NCBI GenBank assembly: GCA_965203905.1
Contig: CBDBDQ010000005.1
Span: forward strand, 7,104,001 to 7,168,000
Direction: 5' to 3'
Length of the DNA: 64,000 bases
Source of the DNA: Spirochaetia bacterium
GTDB taxonomy: Bacteria; Spirochaetota; Spirochaetia; SZUA-6; Bin103
Position 1 is the first letter of the stretch. The number at the start of each line of letters is the position of its first letter. Below, one piece after another: positions 51,780-62,874 of this stretch. The notes beneath the pieces are model-generated. The model was not told the origin of the DNA. It saw only the letters and a list, made by a program, of their open reading frames with translations, and made no database searches. The translations under genes and the position numbers were made by a program.

Positions 51780-52165
51780 GTTTTCTCGAGCGCCTGCACC
51801 ACACGTCGGTTCGGGACTCTTGACCACCGCGCCGCTGCGCTCGAGAACGTAGCCCGGCGGCAGGAGGTTGAAGAACTCACCTCGACGTGCCTTCTCGGCC
51901 ATCCCGGCCTGCAACCGCAGTTTCAGCGTCGAGAGCTCCACTACGCTCAGCGTGGTTGATACCGAGCACCAGCTGATCGTCGATGAGATTCAGGTCGTAG
52001 ATCTTTCGGCATCGGCGATGAGCGTCCCGAACAGCTGACACACCTCCATTAGCCGCGCCCAGTCCTTATCGGTCCGCGAGAGTCGCGAGACCTCGCGGCT
52101 CAAGATCATCCCGACCTCTCCCACGGCCACACTCGCAACAAGCTGGTTGAACCCCGCCCGGGCCG
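51780..52165 (-). pseudogene. large serine recombinase remnant
   Basis: RAGFNQLV..GEVG..REVSRLSR, ELSTLKLRL..KARRGE..PPGY. Confidence 0.8.
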
Positions 52166-52287
52166 AATGATAGTAAAATCTATAGGACGATGTCGGGAAC
52201 GGCAAGGCGGCAGGAGCCGGAATGAGCGCGCTGAAGCGACCAAAGAAGGATGGATCAGGAGCCGTTACGTAACGGTGCGCAGTGGTC

Positions 52288-52575
52288 ATGGCGTTGACTA
52301 ACGTGCAACGACAACGGCGCTATCGAGCGCGGCGCAAGGCTCAGCAGCCGCGAGCGCAGTACCGCAGGCCGCACGATCGGCGCTCCCGACCGCAGCGCTG
52401 GCAGGATGCGGTGCGCACCCTGCTCGATCTCCAGGGTGAGTATCAAGCGTGGCTCGACACCCTGCCCGACGCGCTCCAGGAGACCGCGCTCGCCGACAAG
52501 CTGGAGGCGATTTGCGCGCTTGATCTTGGCGAACTGGAGAGCGTCGAGCCGCCGCGCGGGTATGGGCGCGACTGA
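52288..52575 (+). CDS. small hypothetical protein of a kind found with IS21-like elements
   Basis: ALTNVQRQRRYR..RWQDAV..LQGEYQAW..PPRGYGRD; palindrome CCGTTACGTAACGG upstream; family recognised from memory. Confidence 0.6.
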   Translation: MALTNVQRQRRYRARRKAQQPRAQYRRPHDRRSRPQRWQDAVRTLLDLQGEYQAWLDTLPDALQETALADKLEAICALDLGELESVEPPRGYGRD

Positions 52576-53044
52576 GGCAACGTGCTGCCGACCCGTTGCG
52601 ACGACTGCACAATTTCCAAGCGGCGCACCGCTCGCGGTCCCGTGCCCACACGGGCGCCCGGACCGGCTCGACCGCGCCGCACCCGCGGCGGCAGCGCCAC
52701 CGCGGGCCGACATCTTGCCGGTGCCGCGCGGAACTGGCGCTCTCAGCGGCCCTGCAAGGCCCGCCACGCGAGCAGGTGGTCTCCGGATACCCTGCTGAAC
52801 CCCGAATCGTCCCTCAGGCGCTCCGTTCCGACTCCCGCCACCCGCTGTGCATGCCGCCAGCACTGACCACCGCCCTGCGATCGCCTGACCGCGCACACCG
52901 GCGCCGATCACGGCCATCCACACCGCCGGCACCACCCGCAGCCTGATGCGGACTTATCCACTTATCCACAGGCAAATCTCACCCCTTCCCCGGACCCCCT
53001 CCCCCTTTACCGCCTCCTCTTGGTATTCTCCTTCTGTACTGCCC

Positions 53045-53098
53045 GGGTGGGTCAAAAACCGACCGGCGTTTTGGCTCACTTTCCGACCGGCGCACGCA
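53045..53098 (+). repeat. IS21-type terminal repeat (orphan right end)
   Basis: Tandem GGTCA/GCTCA..CCGACCGGCG units ending in CA. Confidence 0.6.
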
Positions 53099-53099
53099 C

Positions 53100-53520
53100 G
53101 CGTGCTTCGCCAATTCGTCAATCGCGCTCGGGTAGAGCCCGATCTCGAGGTATCCAGCGTTCCCCTCGACTGGATTATAGACCGTCCCCTCCTCCAGGTA
53201 GATACCGGAAAACCGACCATGACCGCGTAGACTCGGTCAAAATAGCGGGCCGCCGCGGGCTCGTTGGTGATGCTGTTCTGGGCGCAAAAAAACGGGAATC
53301 TGGGTTGAATCGGGTCCGGAGGAATTCAGTGCCCTGAGCGCCCCCTCGTTATCCTGCGACTTCATACAGAGCATGACGACGTCGTCTGGAGACCACTCGA
53401 CCTCCTTCGGTGAGGTTACCGCGGGTATCTTGAGGTTGTAGTTGCCGTGTGGTGTGTTGAGCGTCAGACCGGAGCGATTGATCGCGTTCACGTGTCCTGG
53501 TCGTCCGATCAGGTGATTCC
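53100..53520 (-). pseudogene. ketopantoate reductase-like fragment
   Basis: LIGRPGHVNAINRSGL, LCMKSQD, frameshifted AQNS..NE; both ends missing. Confidence 0.65.
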
Positions 53521-53670
53521 GATGCAATCCTGGGAGGTCTTCCTCTGTGGGGCTCATCCCGGCTATACTAGCTACGAGCAGTTTCTGCGCAAGCAGCTTC
53601 GGTTGCAGCAGAACTGTACCCGAGCCGAGGGAGAAGCCGGAGCGGTGCGTGCCGGTGCGGCGCAGCGCCC
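53520..53670 (+). pseudogene. serine recombinase internal fragment
   Basis: WEVF..AHPGY.SYEQF..Q..L..N..GAVR.G.A. Confidence 0.55.
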
Positions 53671-53703
53671 CGTCCAGAGATAGAGCCCTAAAGGAATCCG
53701 ACC

Positions 53704-54513
53704 ATGAAAATCGGCGCCTCCACCATCCTCCACCGCGACCGCCCTCTTGACCGGGATCTGTTCTGTGAGTTTCAGGAAGCGGGCATCGAGTCATTGGAGC
53801 TCACAGACTATCACCCCGACTTTAACTACGACGATCTCGGGGCTTTTGCAGATCTGCGAAGTGCAATCATGGACTTGTCGTTGCATCTCAACTCGCTCCA
53901 CATCCATCTCGAAATCTTCAATGACTATGACCTGGCGACGCTCGATGATGAACAGCGGGAAAAGACTCTGACCGCCTACCGTCAGGCGGTCGATGTGATG
54001 GACGCACTGGGTGGCGGAATCCTCGTGACACATCACATACAGATTCCGGAGCCGGACGACGCCCAGCACACCGAGAAACGGGCCGCTTACATTCGTAATC
54101 TGGGTGCGGTCGCACGGTATGCGGCGCCGAAGACGGTCAGTTTCGCAGTCGAAAATACCTCCCGAGGGTATACCCGGGATCCCTCTCGGCTTGTCGAACT
54201 GATCGCGGATCTGAATGAATCGAACGTGGGCGTTGTGATCGACACTGGACACCGCAATATCCTCGGCGATCCGGTCGAAGCCCTGCGGCTAGCCGGACAC
54301 CACCTCATGACCCTGCATCTGCACGACAACCATGGCGAAGAAGATGAACATCTGCTGCCGGGACGTGCTGACATCGACTGGGACGGCGTGGTCGGAGCGT
54401 TGGATGAAATCGGTTACTCCGGCGTCTTCATGTACGAGCTCAACAGATCCGAGGATCTGACGGAAATCCGTTCGAACGCTGAACAGCTCTTGGGATCCTT
54501 CACGGACTGTTGA
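53704..54513 (+). CDS. sugar phosphate isomerase/epimerase (AP-endonuclease-2 TIM barrel)
   Basis: VEN, DTGH, HLHDN, HLLPG..IDW, IGYSG..E. Confidence 0.9.
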   Translation: MKIGASTILHRDRPLDRDLFCEFQEAGIESLELTDYHPDFNYDDLGAFADLRSAIMDLSLHLNSLHIHLEIFNDYDLATLDDEQREKTLTAYRQAVDVMDALGGGILVTHHIQIPEPDDAQHTEKRAAYIRNLGAVARYAAPKTVSFAVENTSRGYTRDPSRLVELIADLNESNVGVVIDTGHRNILGDPVEALRLAGHHLMTLHLHDNHGEEDEHLLPGRADIDWDGVVGALDEIGYSGVFMYELNRSEDLTEIRSNAEQLLGSFTDC

Positions 54514-54578
54514 GGCAGCTCGACGGAGCCCCTGGCATCCGAGGGATTGTCAGGCAATTGAACAAAGGGAGATTGATC

Positions 54579-55525
54579 GTGGCCGAAGGAAGACTGAATG
54601 GGAAGGCGGCCATCGTCACGGGAGGCGCGACCGGTGTTGGCGGGGGCATTGCAGACAAGCTGGCTGCGGAAGGAGCCGCCGTTCTCATCGTGGACATCGA
54701 CGAAGCTGAGGCCAATGCGCGATCAGCGACGATCCGTGATGGGGAGGCCTGGCATCCGCGGTGGAAGGTGACGTCTCAAGGGAAGACGTAGCCAAGGCCA
54801 TGGTGGATCGGGCGGTCGACGAATACGGCCGTCTGGATATCCTGGTGCAGAACGCCTACGGCGTGATGGGTCTCCAGGATGGAAGTGCTCTCGAAACCAC
54901 CGTCGAGCGCTGGCACAAGGGTATGAACCTGCTGGTGATGGCGCATTTCCTGGGTGCCAAGTACGGTGTTCCGGCGATGCAGGTGGCGGGACCGCCCGAT
55001 GGCTACGACCCCGGTCCGTGGCAGGGTCGCGGAATCCGCCACGGCGACCCTCCACCGATGGAGATCGGACGGATCATCAACATCTCATCCGTGTACGGAC
55101 TCCTCCAGTCGGCCAATACAATGGTCTACGAGACCGGCAAAGCCGCCGTCAACGGCCTGACTCGCCAGATGGCCATCGACCTCGGTCCGCTCGGCATCAC
55201 GGTAAACGCCATCGCCCCCGGCCATATGGTGACCGAAAACCTCGAGAAGCTGTGGTCCGAAGTCGGGAACGAGGCCGGCTTCCATCTCGCGGAGTTGCAG
55301 TACCCCGTCCGACGCACAGGCACGCCTGAGGATGTTGGAAACGCCGTCGCCTTCCTTTGTTCTGAGGAAGCGGCGTTCATCACGGGCGTCGTTTTGCCCG
55401 TCGATGGCGGTCTTAGCATTCAGCTGCAGGAGAACATCGTCTTCGAACTGAAGAACTACATCCAGGAGAATTCCGGGCTGAAGACGTTCTTTGATGGCGG
55501 GTTCGGGTCGGGGGATCAGCGGTGA
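54579..55525 (+). pseudogene. SDR oxidoreductase with frameshift near 54750
   Basis: GKAAIVTGGATGVG in one frame; NISS, YETGK, VNAIAPG, VDGG in another. Confidence 0.8.
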
Positions 55526-55539
55526 CGATCCATCGCGGC

Positions 55540-56690
55540 CTGGCAATCCATCAAAGAAAGCCTGGGTTGACGTTCGGCAGTTTCGTGAGCTGCTCTCGGT
55601 GTGCAAGACTCACGGCCACGGGGCCGCGGAGGTATACCAGCAGTGCCACACGCCTCTTACGCAGGTTGTAGCGCTGTATCGAGACGAGTTCTTGAGCGGC
55701 TTCATCTTAAAGGACAGTGTGAGATTCGACGAGTGGGAGCTCATGGAAGCGGAGAATCTCAGGCGGGAGTACGCACCGGCGCTCCAGAATCTTGTCAGGT
55801 TCCTGAGCGAGTTGGGTGAGTTTGAACCGGCAATTGCCTTCGTGCGGGACTGGTTGGCGCTGGATCGGTTGCATGAGACGGCCCACCGCTCGTTGATGCA
55901 GCTCTCTATACGTGGGCGGGAGATCGAACGCAGGCGCTGAGGCAGTATCAGGAGTGCGCTCGGGTGCTGAAGGCGGAGATCGATGCGGAGCCTCTTGAGG
56001 AAACCACCCGACTCTTTGAAGCGATAAAAGCGGGAACTATTCCTTCCCGCCCTTCAAGCGGAGCACCAACCCCCACCGTCGAAGAAGAAAAAAGGATCGT
56101 TCCCCTTCCAAATGAGCGCACCAAGGCCAACGGAGCGGCACCGACGAGGAACGGTTGGCGCGGGCACCGGCATAATCTTCCGGCGCAAGTGACCCCCTTT
56201 ATCGGTCGTGAGAAAGAAGTAGGGCAAATCGCAGAGCTGCTGTTGCGGCCCGAAGTGCGTTTGGTGACTCTCATCGGATCCGCCGGCACGGGAAAGACCA
56301 GACTTGGATTGCAGGTTGCCGCTGAGATGGTTGGCGAGTTTGCGGCCGGTGTTTGCATCATATCCCTTGAATCCATTTAGATGCCGATCTGGTCGCCGGA
56401 GCCATCGGCCAGGAGCTCGGACTGCAGGAAGGGCGAGATCAGACGATGGGGGAGATGTTGAAGGACTACCTTCACCACCCGGCAACAGACGTTAAGAATT
56501 GCCATCGCCTGGAGCTTCGATCTGCTGGATGAGGAAGACCGGGTGTTGTTTCGACGGCTTGCGGTGTTCGCGGGAGGATTTACCCTTGAGGCCGCTGAAG
56601 AGGTATGCGGCACGGTTGACAATGTAGCCTGCGATGTCCTGGATGGGATGGTGTCCCTCGAGGAGCAGAGTCTGATTGTCATAGATACTG
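55540..56690 (+). pseudogene. BTAD/SARP + NTPase transcriptional regulator remnant
   Basis: WVDV..F, LYRDEFL.GF, LHETAHR.LM, HNLPAQVTPFIGRE, GSAGTGKTRL, FRRLAVFAGGFTLEAAE in separate frames. Confidence 0.85.
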
Positions 56691-56810
56691 CTTTACGAGC
56701 ATCCGGCCCTCGAGCCGTGACGTCTGGCATGCGGAGCCAGCAACCCTTGGTGCGCGAGGCGTACAGGCAATAGCGCCTGATGAGCTGGACCCGCTTGAGG
56801 AGCACTCGGT
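56690..56810 (-). pseudogene. IS91-like transposase C-terminal fragment
   Basis: KRVQLIRRYCLYASRTKG resembles the Y2 motif IRxYGLY. Confidence 0.55.
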
Positions 56811-57023
56811 ATCGCCACTCAATCTTCGACTGCTTGGGGTCACCCGCCACAAGCCTGTGTGGCCACTGGTAACGACAACGCGGCTGTCCCACGCTTCGGG
56901 CTACGTTCGTGGCTCCGCGTTGTGCCTAACCTGGCACCGTTCTCCGCCGAGCGTGATATACTTGTCGAACACCCTGCATACGATGTGGCCAATGCCTGCG
57001 CGATCAGGGCAACGGGCCCTGAG

Positions 57024-57636
57024 ATGAAATACATGCGGATCGTCGAGGTGATCCGTGAGCGAATTGCCTCCGGTGAGTATGACGGCAGGACACCTTCGGA
57101 GGGACATCTCTACTCTTTGCCAGGGAAGGGATCTACAGCTTCCGCAATAAGAACGGCGCAGAGATCAGAGGTTCAGTAGGATTCTCCGACCAGATGAAAC
57201 GACTGAACGCGACGGTCACAAGTCGTGTGATTGAAGCCAGAGTGATCCCGGCTTCCACGGCGATTGCAGGCCTCTTGGGCAAGTGAACGATCGTGTATAC
57301 CGAATTGAGCGAGTGCGACTGGTTGACGGTGAACCTGTTGCCATACAACGGTCGTCAATCCGTCACAAACTATGTCCTGGGATCCTCGAGCACGATCTGG
57401 AGAAATGTTCCCTGTTTGAGTTGTTCAGAACCGAGTACCACCTCCTCATCACTCGTGGGCGTGGCTCGGTTGAGGCGCGCCTCGCGGAGCAGGAGGAGCT
57501 GCCGCTGCTGGAACTGAAACCGCCTCAGTCGGTACTCGTCACGGAACGGATCACTATGCAGGCCGACGGCGAACCGCTGGAGTTCGTAGAGTCAGTGTAT
57601 CGAGGCGACAGGTATCGACTCGACCTCAATGAGTGA
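57024..57636 (+). pseudogene. GntR/HutC family regulator with UTRA domain, disrupted
   Basis: KYMRI..IRERIASGEY..PSE, G.GS; UTRA motifs R.RLVDGEP, EFVESVYRGDRY. Confidence 0.8.
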
Positions 57637-57679
57637 CCCTTTCAGGCGACGACTGAACACCGGCTCAACGGCCAAGGCC

Positions 57680-57800
57680 GCATACCTTGGCGTGGACATC
57701 GGGGGCTCAAATGTCAGGGTCTTGGTGCCGCCCCGCCTGACGTCCAGTCTTCTCCGTGATAAAGCTGGGTTACTCGGTGCCGTGCGGTGTGCTATGGACA
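57680..57800 (+). pseudogene. ROK family kinase remnant (internal deletion)
   Basis: YLGVDIGGS joined almost directly to AGLLGA. Confidence 0.6.
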
Positions 57801-57920
57801 TAGCTCCTGGCGCGCGCACCGGGCACCGATGAATCCGCTGCACAACCCGCACTTTCGGTTGACAGGAAAGATATGCAGGTGTATTCCTATAACTCACATG
57901 GCAATGGTCGAGGGTATAGA

Positions 57921-58673
57921 ATGCCAGTAAAGCTCGTCGTCTTTGACAGCCACGAAAACATGAGTGAAGCCGCAGGGGGGGTCATTCTGAGTGAGCTGCT
58001 GTGGAACCCGCGGCTTATTGCGACTTTGGCTGCCGGAGAGACCCCGGTTGGTGCGTACGCTGAAGTTGCGCGGCTTCGCCGGCGCTACGGGCTGCCTTTC
58101 CCCCATGCCCGCGTCTTGAAACTTGATGAATGGCTGGGCGTGCCCATGGACGAGGCGGGCAGTTGTGAGCACTTCGTTCGCGAGCATGTTCTCGTTCCGT
58201 GGGGCATTGCGCAGGACAACTACATCGGGTTTCGGGGGGACCTCGCGGAGCCGGACCTGGCGTGCAGTTCCGTGCGGGAGTGGTTGGATCGAGAGGGACC
58301 GATCGATCTGGCCGTGCTCGGATTGGGTGTCAACGGGCACCTAGGGTTCAATGAGCCGGGGGCGTCGCTTCTTCTCCGCCCACATGCCGCCACGCTCTCC
58401 GAGGCGTCCCGGGATCACGGTATGGTCAGCCACCGTCGTTCGAGCATCATCCGCGGCATCACCCTCGGCGTCGGTGACCTCATGGCCGCGCGGCGTATTC
58501 TGCTGCTGGTTAGTGGCGAACGCAAGGCCGACCAGCTAGCTCAGCTATTCGCCGGATCCGTTACGACTCAGGTGCCGGCCACTCTTCTGAACGTTCATTC
58601 CAACGTAGCGTGCTACTGCGACAAGGCTGCAGCGATGCGGTTGCCGGCGGAAGTGACGTCGCGGGCTGGTTGA
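57921..58673 (+). CDS. nagB: glucosamine/galactosamine-6-phosphate deaminase
   Basis: AGETP, LDEW, DLAVLGLGVNGHLGFNEP, ITLG, PAT.L..H. Confidence 0.82.
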   Translation: MPVKLVVFDSHENMSEAAGGVILSELLWNPRLIATLAAGETPVGAYAEVARLRRRYGLPFPHARVLKLDEWLGVPMDEAGSCEHFVREHVLVPWGIAQDNYIGFRGDLAEPDLACSSVREWLDREGPIDLAVLGLGVNGHLGFNEPGASLLLRPHAATLSEASRDHGMVSHRRSSIIRGITLGVGDLMAARRILLLVSGERKADQLAQLFAGSVTTQVPATLLNVHSNVACYCDKAAAMRLPAEVTSRAG

Positions 58674-58869
58674 GCATCGCTGTTCGATATACCTAGAGGG
58701 ATTCCGCATATGACCACAATGATCGATACTGACGATTTCGAGGTCGAGAGGGCGTGGAAAGCTCGCCTGATGCGAAACAAGGAGATTGTATTAAGGTCGT
58801 TATCATTGGTGCCGGAAACGTATTCGCACCGGGATCTTTGGTTGATCTGTTGGAAATTGCGAATAGGAT

Positions 58870-59391
58870 TGCGAGCTGGTGTTGGTAGACCTAGATGGTG
58901 AAGCTGCCAGACGCATGGCGGAGATCGCCAGGATCATGGCGAGGAAGAACCCAGAGACATACCGTGCTGAGTTAGCGGGATCACTCAACCTATCGAGCTG
59001 CTTATCCAAGGCAGGATGTCTTAAGCACGCACTCGATGCGATCGAAGAGGGCGTATGGCTATCGCGACTTGGCTGCCGCAAGACCCGACGCATTTCGGTA
59101 TCGTCAAAGACGGCAGCCAAGCGCTGATCCGTTGGTTGAAGCGGCGTTGCAGCCGAAGGACCAAAGAAGCTGTTGACACCCTCGCCGCTTACCCAAGCGC
59201 CGGCGGCGAAGAAAGTGCTTGAACGAACTCTGGAGATGGACCTGCAGGAATCGCCTGCCCTTGCAGACGAACTCCGTACGTTACTCGGCCAGAGATCTAC
59301 AGTCTATGGAAGGCAGACGGCGATCGCGACAGGCGGGAGTACGATCACCCAGATCCAGGGCAACGACAATCGATCAGGACCAACCGAGTAG
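58870..59391 (+). pseudogene. fragments of TPR-like and small helical proteins
   Basis: RKNPETYRAELAGSLN and LQESPALADELRTLL..TITQIQGNDN segments, broken by stops. Confidence 0.35.
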
Positions 59392-59471
59392 CAGGGATCG
59401 GGTGAAGACGGACGTGGTTTTGCGTAGTCCCCGACATCCTACGCGCATCCCCGGCGCGTACCTGAGATAGC

Positions 59472-59966
59472 GTGGTCTCGATAGAACCGATCAATCGCCG
59501 GAACGCGCTCGCGTTCAAGGTCGCGCGGTTGCGCGCCCTGCAAGACGCTCCCACTGCGTTCGGTTCCACGTATGCAGCCGAGTCCCGGTGGACCGACCAG
59601 GATTGGCTGCAACGCGCCGACCGGTGGAACAGAGACCGCTCGGTGGCGTTCCTGGCATTGGACTCCAAGCTGCCGTGCGGGATCGTTGGCTCGTTCCTCG
59701 ATCGCGAGGAGCCGTCGCACGCCGTTCTGGTTTCGATGTGGGTGGCACCTTCGCATCGCCGCAGCGGCGTCGGGCGCGCACTGGTCTGTGCGGTCGTGGA
59801 TTGGGCTCGGACCAAGGATGCTCGGGTGATCCACCTGACGGTAACGTGCAACAACGACACCGCCATCACGTTCTACCGGAGCCTGGGCTTCTCGTTCACC
59901 GGCGCTACCGAGCCCTATCCCAACGACGCGGAACTGTTCGAGCAGGAGATGCGCAGAGCAATCTGA
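59472..59966 (+). CDS. GNAT family N-acetyltransferase
   Basis: RLRALQDAPTAFGST, MWVAPSHRRSGVG, N..AI.FY..LGF. Confidence 0.9.
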   Translation: MVSIEPINRRNALAFKVARLRALQDAPTAFGSTYAAESRWTDQDWLQRADRWNRDRSVAFLALDSKLPCGIVGSFLDREEPSHAVLVSMWVAPSHRRSGVGRALVCAVVDWARTKDARVIHLTVTCNNDTAITFYRSLGFSFTGATEPYPNDAELFEQEMRRAI

Positions 59967-60010
59967 ACCTGGATTTCGATCCGAGCCAGCCGGGCGGGAG
60001 GCAGGCTGTT

Positions 60011-60871
60011 TCAGCGGCCGAGGCGGTACTCCAGGCCCAGGCGGTCGAGCAGGCGCAGGATCGGCTCGGCATGGACCCCGACGCCGACGTTGAGGAACTG
60101 GTGCGGCTGCGGCTTGAAATCCAGCGGATAGTGGCGGGTGTGTGACTGCAGTGCCCAGATGGTCCCGTTGACGTCGACGATCGGGCCGCCGCTCTGGCCG
60201 CGCAGGCCCGGAGTCGAGGTCTCGATGAAGGTGCCCAGCTCGCCGTTCTCGGCGGTGGGGGAGGGACAGCGCAACATCCGCACCAGCATCCCCTCGAACG
60301 GGAACAGCGGCAGCGGCACCGAGTCGGCCGGCAGCAGGAACGCCTGGCGCGACTCGTCGTAGGTGGGGACGATGTCGTGGAACGAGAAGCCGAGCCGGCA
60401 CAGGCTGCGGCCGGGGCGATAGTCCGCATCGGGGCGCTTGAACACCGGGTAGTAGGAAATCTGCTGCGGATCGAAGGGCTGCAGGCGGCCCACCGCCAGG
60501 TCGTTTGCCGCATCCAGCGTCACCTCATGCAGCGTGGCACCGTCGGTGCCCCACCACACCGAGTGGTCGCGCACGACGTCGGGGGCCGGGGTCTCCTCCT
60601 CGGCGGAACGCCTGCGGCGGCGGCGCCGCGCCAGCCAGCTCTCTTTCGGAGCGGTGTCGGGAACGGCGGCCGGACGGGAGCGGAACGCTTGCACGGCCTC
60701 CTGCTGGCTGCGGATCAGCGCCAGCACGTGCGCTGCCGTCAGCACCCAGCCTTCCGGATTCACCACCACCCCGGCGCCGATCTCGCAGCGGCACTTGCCC
60801 GCTACCGTGCGGCTGGAGATGACCACCGGAATCGTGAACTTGCCGGCGCGTGCGATCGCCTCAGTGAACAT
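60011..60871 (-). CDS. trypsin-like serine protease
   Basis: LTAAHV, DLA, GQSGGP triad motifs. Confidence 0.85.
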   Translation of the reverse strand: MFTEAIARAGKFTIPVVISSRTVAGKCRCEIGAGVVVNPEGWVLTAAHVLALIRSQQEAVQAFRSRPAAVPDTAPKESWLARRRRRRRSAEEETPAPDVVRDHSVWWGTDGATLHEVTLDAANDLAVGRLQPFDPQQISYYPVFKRPDADYRPGRSLCRLGFSFHDIVPTYDESRQAFLLPADSVPLPLFPFEGMLVRMLRCPSPTAENGELGTFIETSTPGLRGQSGGPIVDVNGTIWALQSHTRHYPLDFKPQPHQFLNVGVGVHAEPILRLLDRLGLEYRLGR

Positions 60872-60877
60872 GGAGGT

Positions 60878-62083
60878 TCATGCCGTCTCCGGTAGGCGGC
60901 GTGCCGCCACCTGGGCCGCCTGGTACACGGCCTGCAGCGGCGTGCCGGTGGCCTCGGCGGCGCGCCGGCAATCGTCGTATTCGGGCGCCCAGCGTGGCTC
61001 CAGGCCGGCGCCGCGTACCACCTTGACGCGAATCTCGCCATGCGGAGTGGCTACCCGGCGGGTCTCCCGCGCCAGCGCGTACCGTTGCACCGGGTGCTCC
61101 CGCACGCCGATGGTAGTGGTCTCGCGGAACAGCAGCCGTCGCACCGCGGCGCGCTGCGACGGGCGGCACAGCACGCTCAGCAGGGTGGCGGGGCGGTTCT
61201 TCTTCATCGCCGCCGGCTGGGTGAACACCTCCAGGGCACCGGCCGCGAACAGGCGCGCACTGACGTAGTCGTACAGCTCGGGGTTCATGTCGTCGATGTT
61301 GGTCTCGACCACGAACAGCCGCTCGGGCGCGGGCTCGGCGCTGGGCCCGTCCCCTTCGCCGCCGGCGTCGGAGGCCTCCCCTACCAGCAGCCGCACCACG
61401 TTGGGGATGGCGCGCTCGGCGCGGCCCGCGCCGTACCCGACCGCGCGCACCTGCATGGCGGGCAGCGCCCCGAATTCCGCCGCCAGCGCGGTGACCAGGG
61501 CCGCACCGGTAGGCGTCACCAGCTCACCCTCCACCTCGGCCCCGGTCACCGGAACCCCTGCCAGCAGCGCCACGGTGGCCGGCGCCGGCAGCGGCAGCCG
61601 GCCGTGGGCGGCATCGACGAAGCCGCGCGCCAGCGGCAGCGGTGAGCACACGACGCGCTCCACTCCGAGCAGCTCGAAGCCGGTGAGCACGCCTACCACG
61701 TCGACGATGGTATCGATGCCGCCCAGCTCGTGCAGGTGGACGCGCTCCGGTGCGGTGCCGTGGATCGCGGCCTCTACCTCGCCCAGGCGGCGGAAGATGG
61801 CCGCGGCGCGGCTCTTGATGGCGGGAGGGACGCCGCTCGCCTCCACCAGGGCGATGATCTCCGGCACGTGGCGCTCGGTGGCGTGATCGGTCACCCGCAC
61901 CTCGACCTGCAGCGCGCCGACACCGGCCTTCTGCACCCGCCGCACCGCCAGCTCGAAGCCGGGCAGGCGCAACGCGGCCAGACGGCTGCGCAACTCCGCC
62001 TCGGGGACGCCGGCGTCGAGCAGCGCGCCGAGCAGCATGTCGCCGCTGGCGCCGGCGATGCAGTCGAGGTAGGCGACGGTCAC
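60878..62083 (-). CDS. larC: nickel pincer cofactor biosynthesis protein LarC
   Basis: YLDC.AGASGDM, HLHE.G, P.PAPAT, TPTGAA, ETNIDD, MKKNRP, PEYDD. Confidence 0.95.
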   Translation of the reverse strand: MTVAYLDCIAGASGDMLLGALLDAGVPEAELRSRLAALRLPGFELAVRRVQKAGVGALQVEVRVTDHATERHVPEIIALVEASGVPPAIKSRAAAIFRRLGEVEAAIHGTAPERVHLHELGGIDTIVDVVGVLTGFELLGVERVVCSPLPLARGFVDAAHGRLPLPAPATVALLAGVPVTGAEVEGELVTPTGAALVTALAAEFGALPAMQVRAVGYGAGRAERAIPNVVRLLVGEASDAGGEGDGPSAEPAPERLFVVETNIDDMNPELYDYVSARLFAAGALEVFTQPAAMKKNRPATLLSVLCRPSQRAAVRRLLFRETTTIGVREHPVQRYALARETRRVATPHGEIRVKVVRGAGLEPRWAPEYDDCRRAAEATGTPLQAVYQAAQVAARRLPETA

Positions 62084-62874
62084 CGGCCACCGTCCGGCGG
62101 CGCCGCGGCACCCGCGGCAGCACCGATCTGGCGCACGATCGCGTGCGCCATCAGCGCGGCACCGAAGCCGTTGTCGATGTTCACCACGGACACCCCCGCG
62201 GCACACGAGTTGAGCATCGCCAGCAGCGCCGCCGCGCCGCCCAGGTTGGCGCCGTAGCCGACGCTGGTGGGCACGCCGATCACCGGTGCCGCCAGCAGCC
62301 CGGCCACCACGCTGGTGAGCGCTCCCTCCATGCCGGCCACGCTGATCACCACCGCGGCACGTTCCAGTTGCGGCCGCACCGCGAGCAGGCGATGCAGCCC
62401 GGCCACCCCGACGTCGTAGCAGCGCTGCACGCTGGCGCCGAGAAACTCCAGGGTCTGCGCCGCCTCCTCGGCGACCGGCAGGTCGGCGCTGCCAGCGCTG
62501 ATCACCGCGACCGGCGCAGTGCCTTGCGCGGCTACCGCGGCCCCCAGGGTGAGCAGCCGCGACACCGGATCGTAGGCCACCTCCGACACCTGTTCCAGCA
62601 CCCGCTGTGCCTGCTCCGGTGTCGCCCGCGTGCCCAGGGCGCGGCCGTGGTGGACGTGCAGGCGCCGTAGAATCTGCGCCACCTGATCCGCGCTCTTGCC
62701 GGCGCAGAACACCACCTCGGCCACTCCGGTGCGCAGCGCCCGCTGGGTGTCCACCCGCGCGCCGGCCACCGTGTCGTCTACCGGGAAGCCGCGCAGCCGA
62801 TCCAGTGCCGCGTCCACTTCCAGACGGCCCGCCCGCACCTCGGCCAACAGGACGGCGAGCTGCTCCTCGGTCAC
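62080..62874 (-). CDS. larB: nickel pincer cofactor biosynthesis protein LarB
   Basis: DLPVAEEA, DVGVAGLHR, AGMEGAL, VPTSVGYG, NIDNGFGA. Confidence 0.95.
   Translation of the reverse strand: MTEEQLAVLLAEVRAGRLEVDAALDRLRGFPVDDTVAGARVDTQRALRTGVAEVVFCAGKSADQVAQILRRLHVHHGRALGTRATPEQAQRVLEQVSEVAYDPVSRLLTLGAAVAAQGTAPVAVISAGSADLPVAEEAAQTLEFLGASVQRCYDVGVAGLHRLLAVRPQLERAAVVISVAGMEGALTSVVAGLLAAPVIGVPTSVGYGANLGGAAALLAMLNSCAAGVSVVNIDNGFGAALMAHAIVRQIGAAAGAAAPPDGGR

Noticed and set aside
59385-59460. Possible att site or eroded repeat at the island's right edge
   Set aside because: No convincing direct repeat shared with the left edge (~27240-27780) or with the protease 3' end
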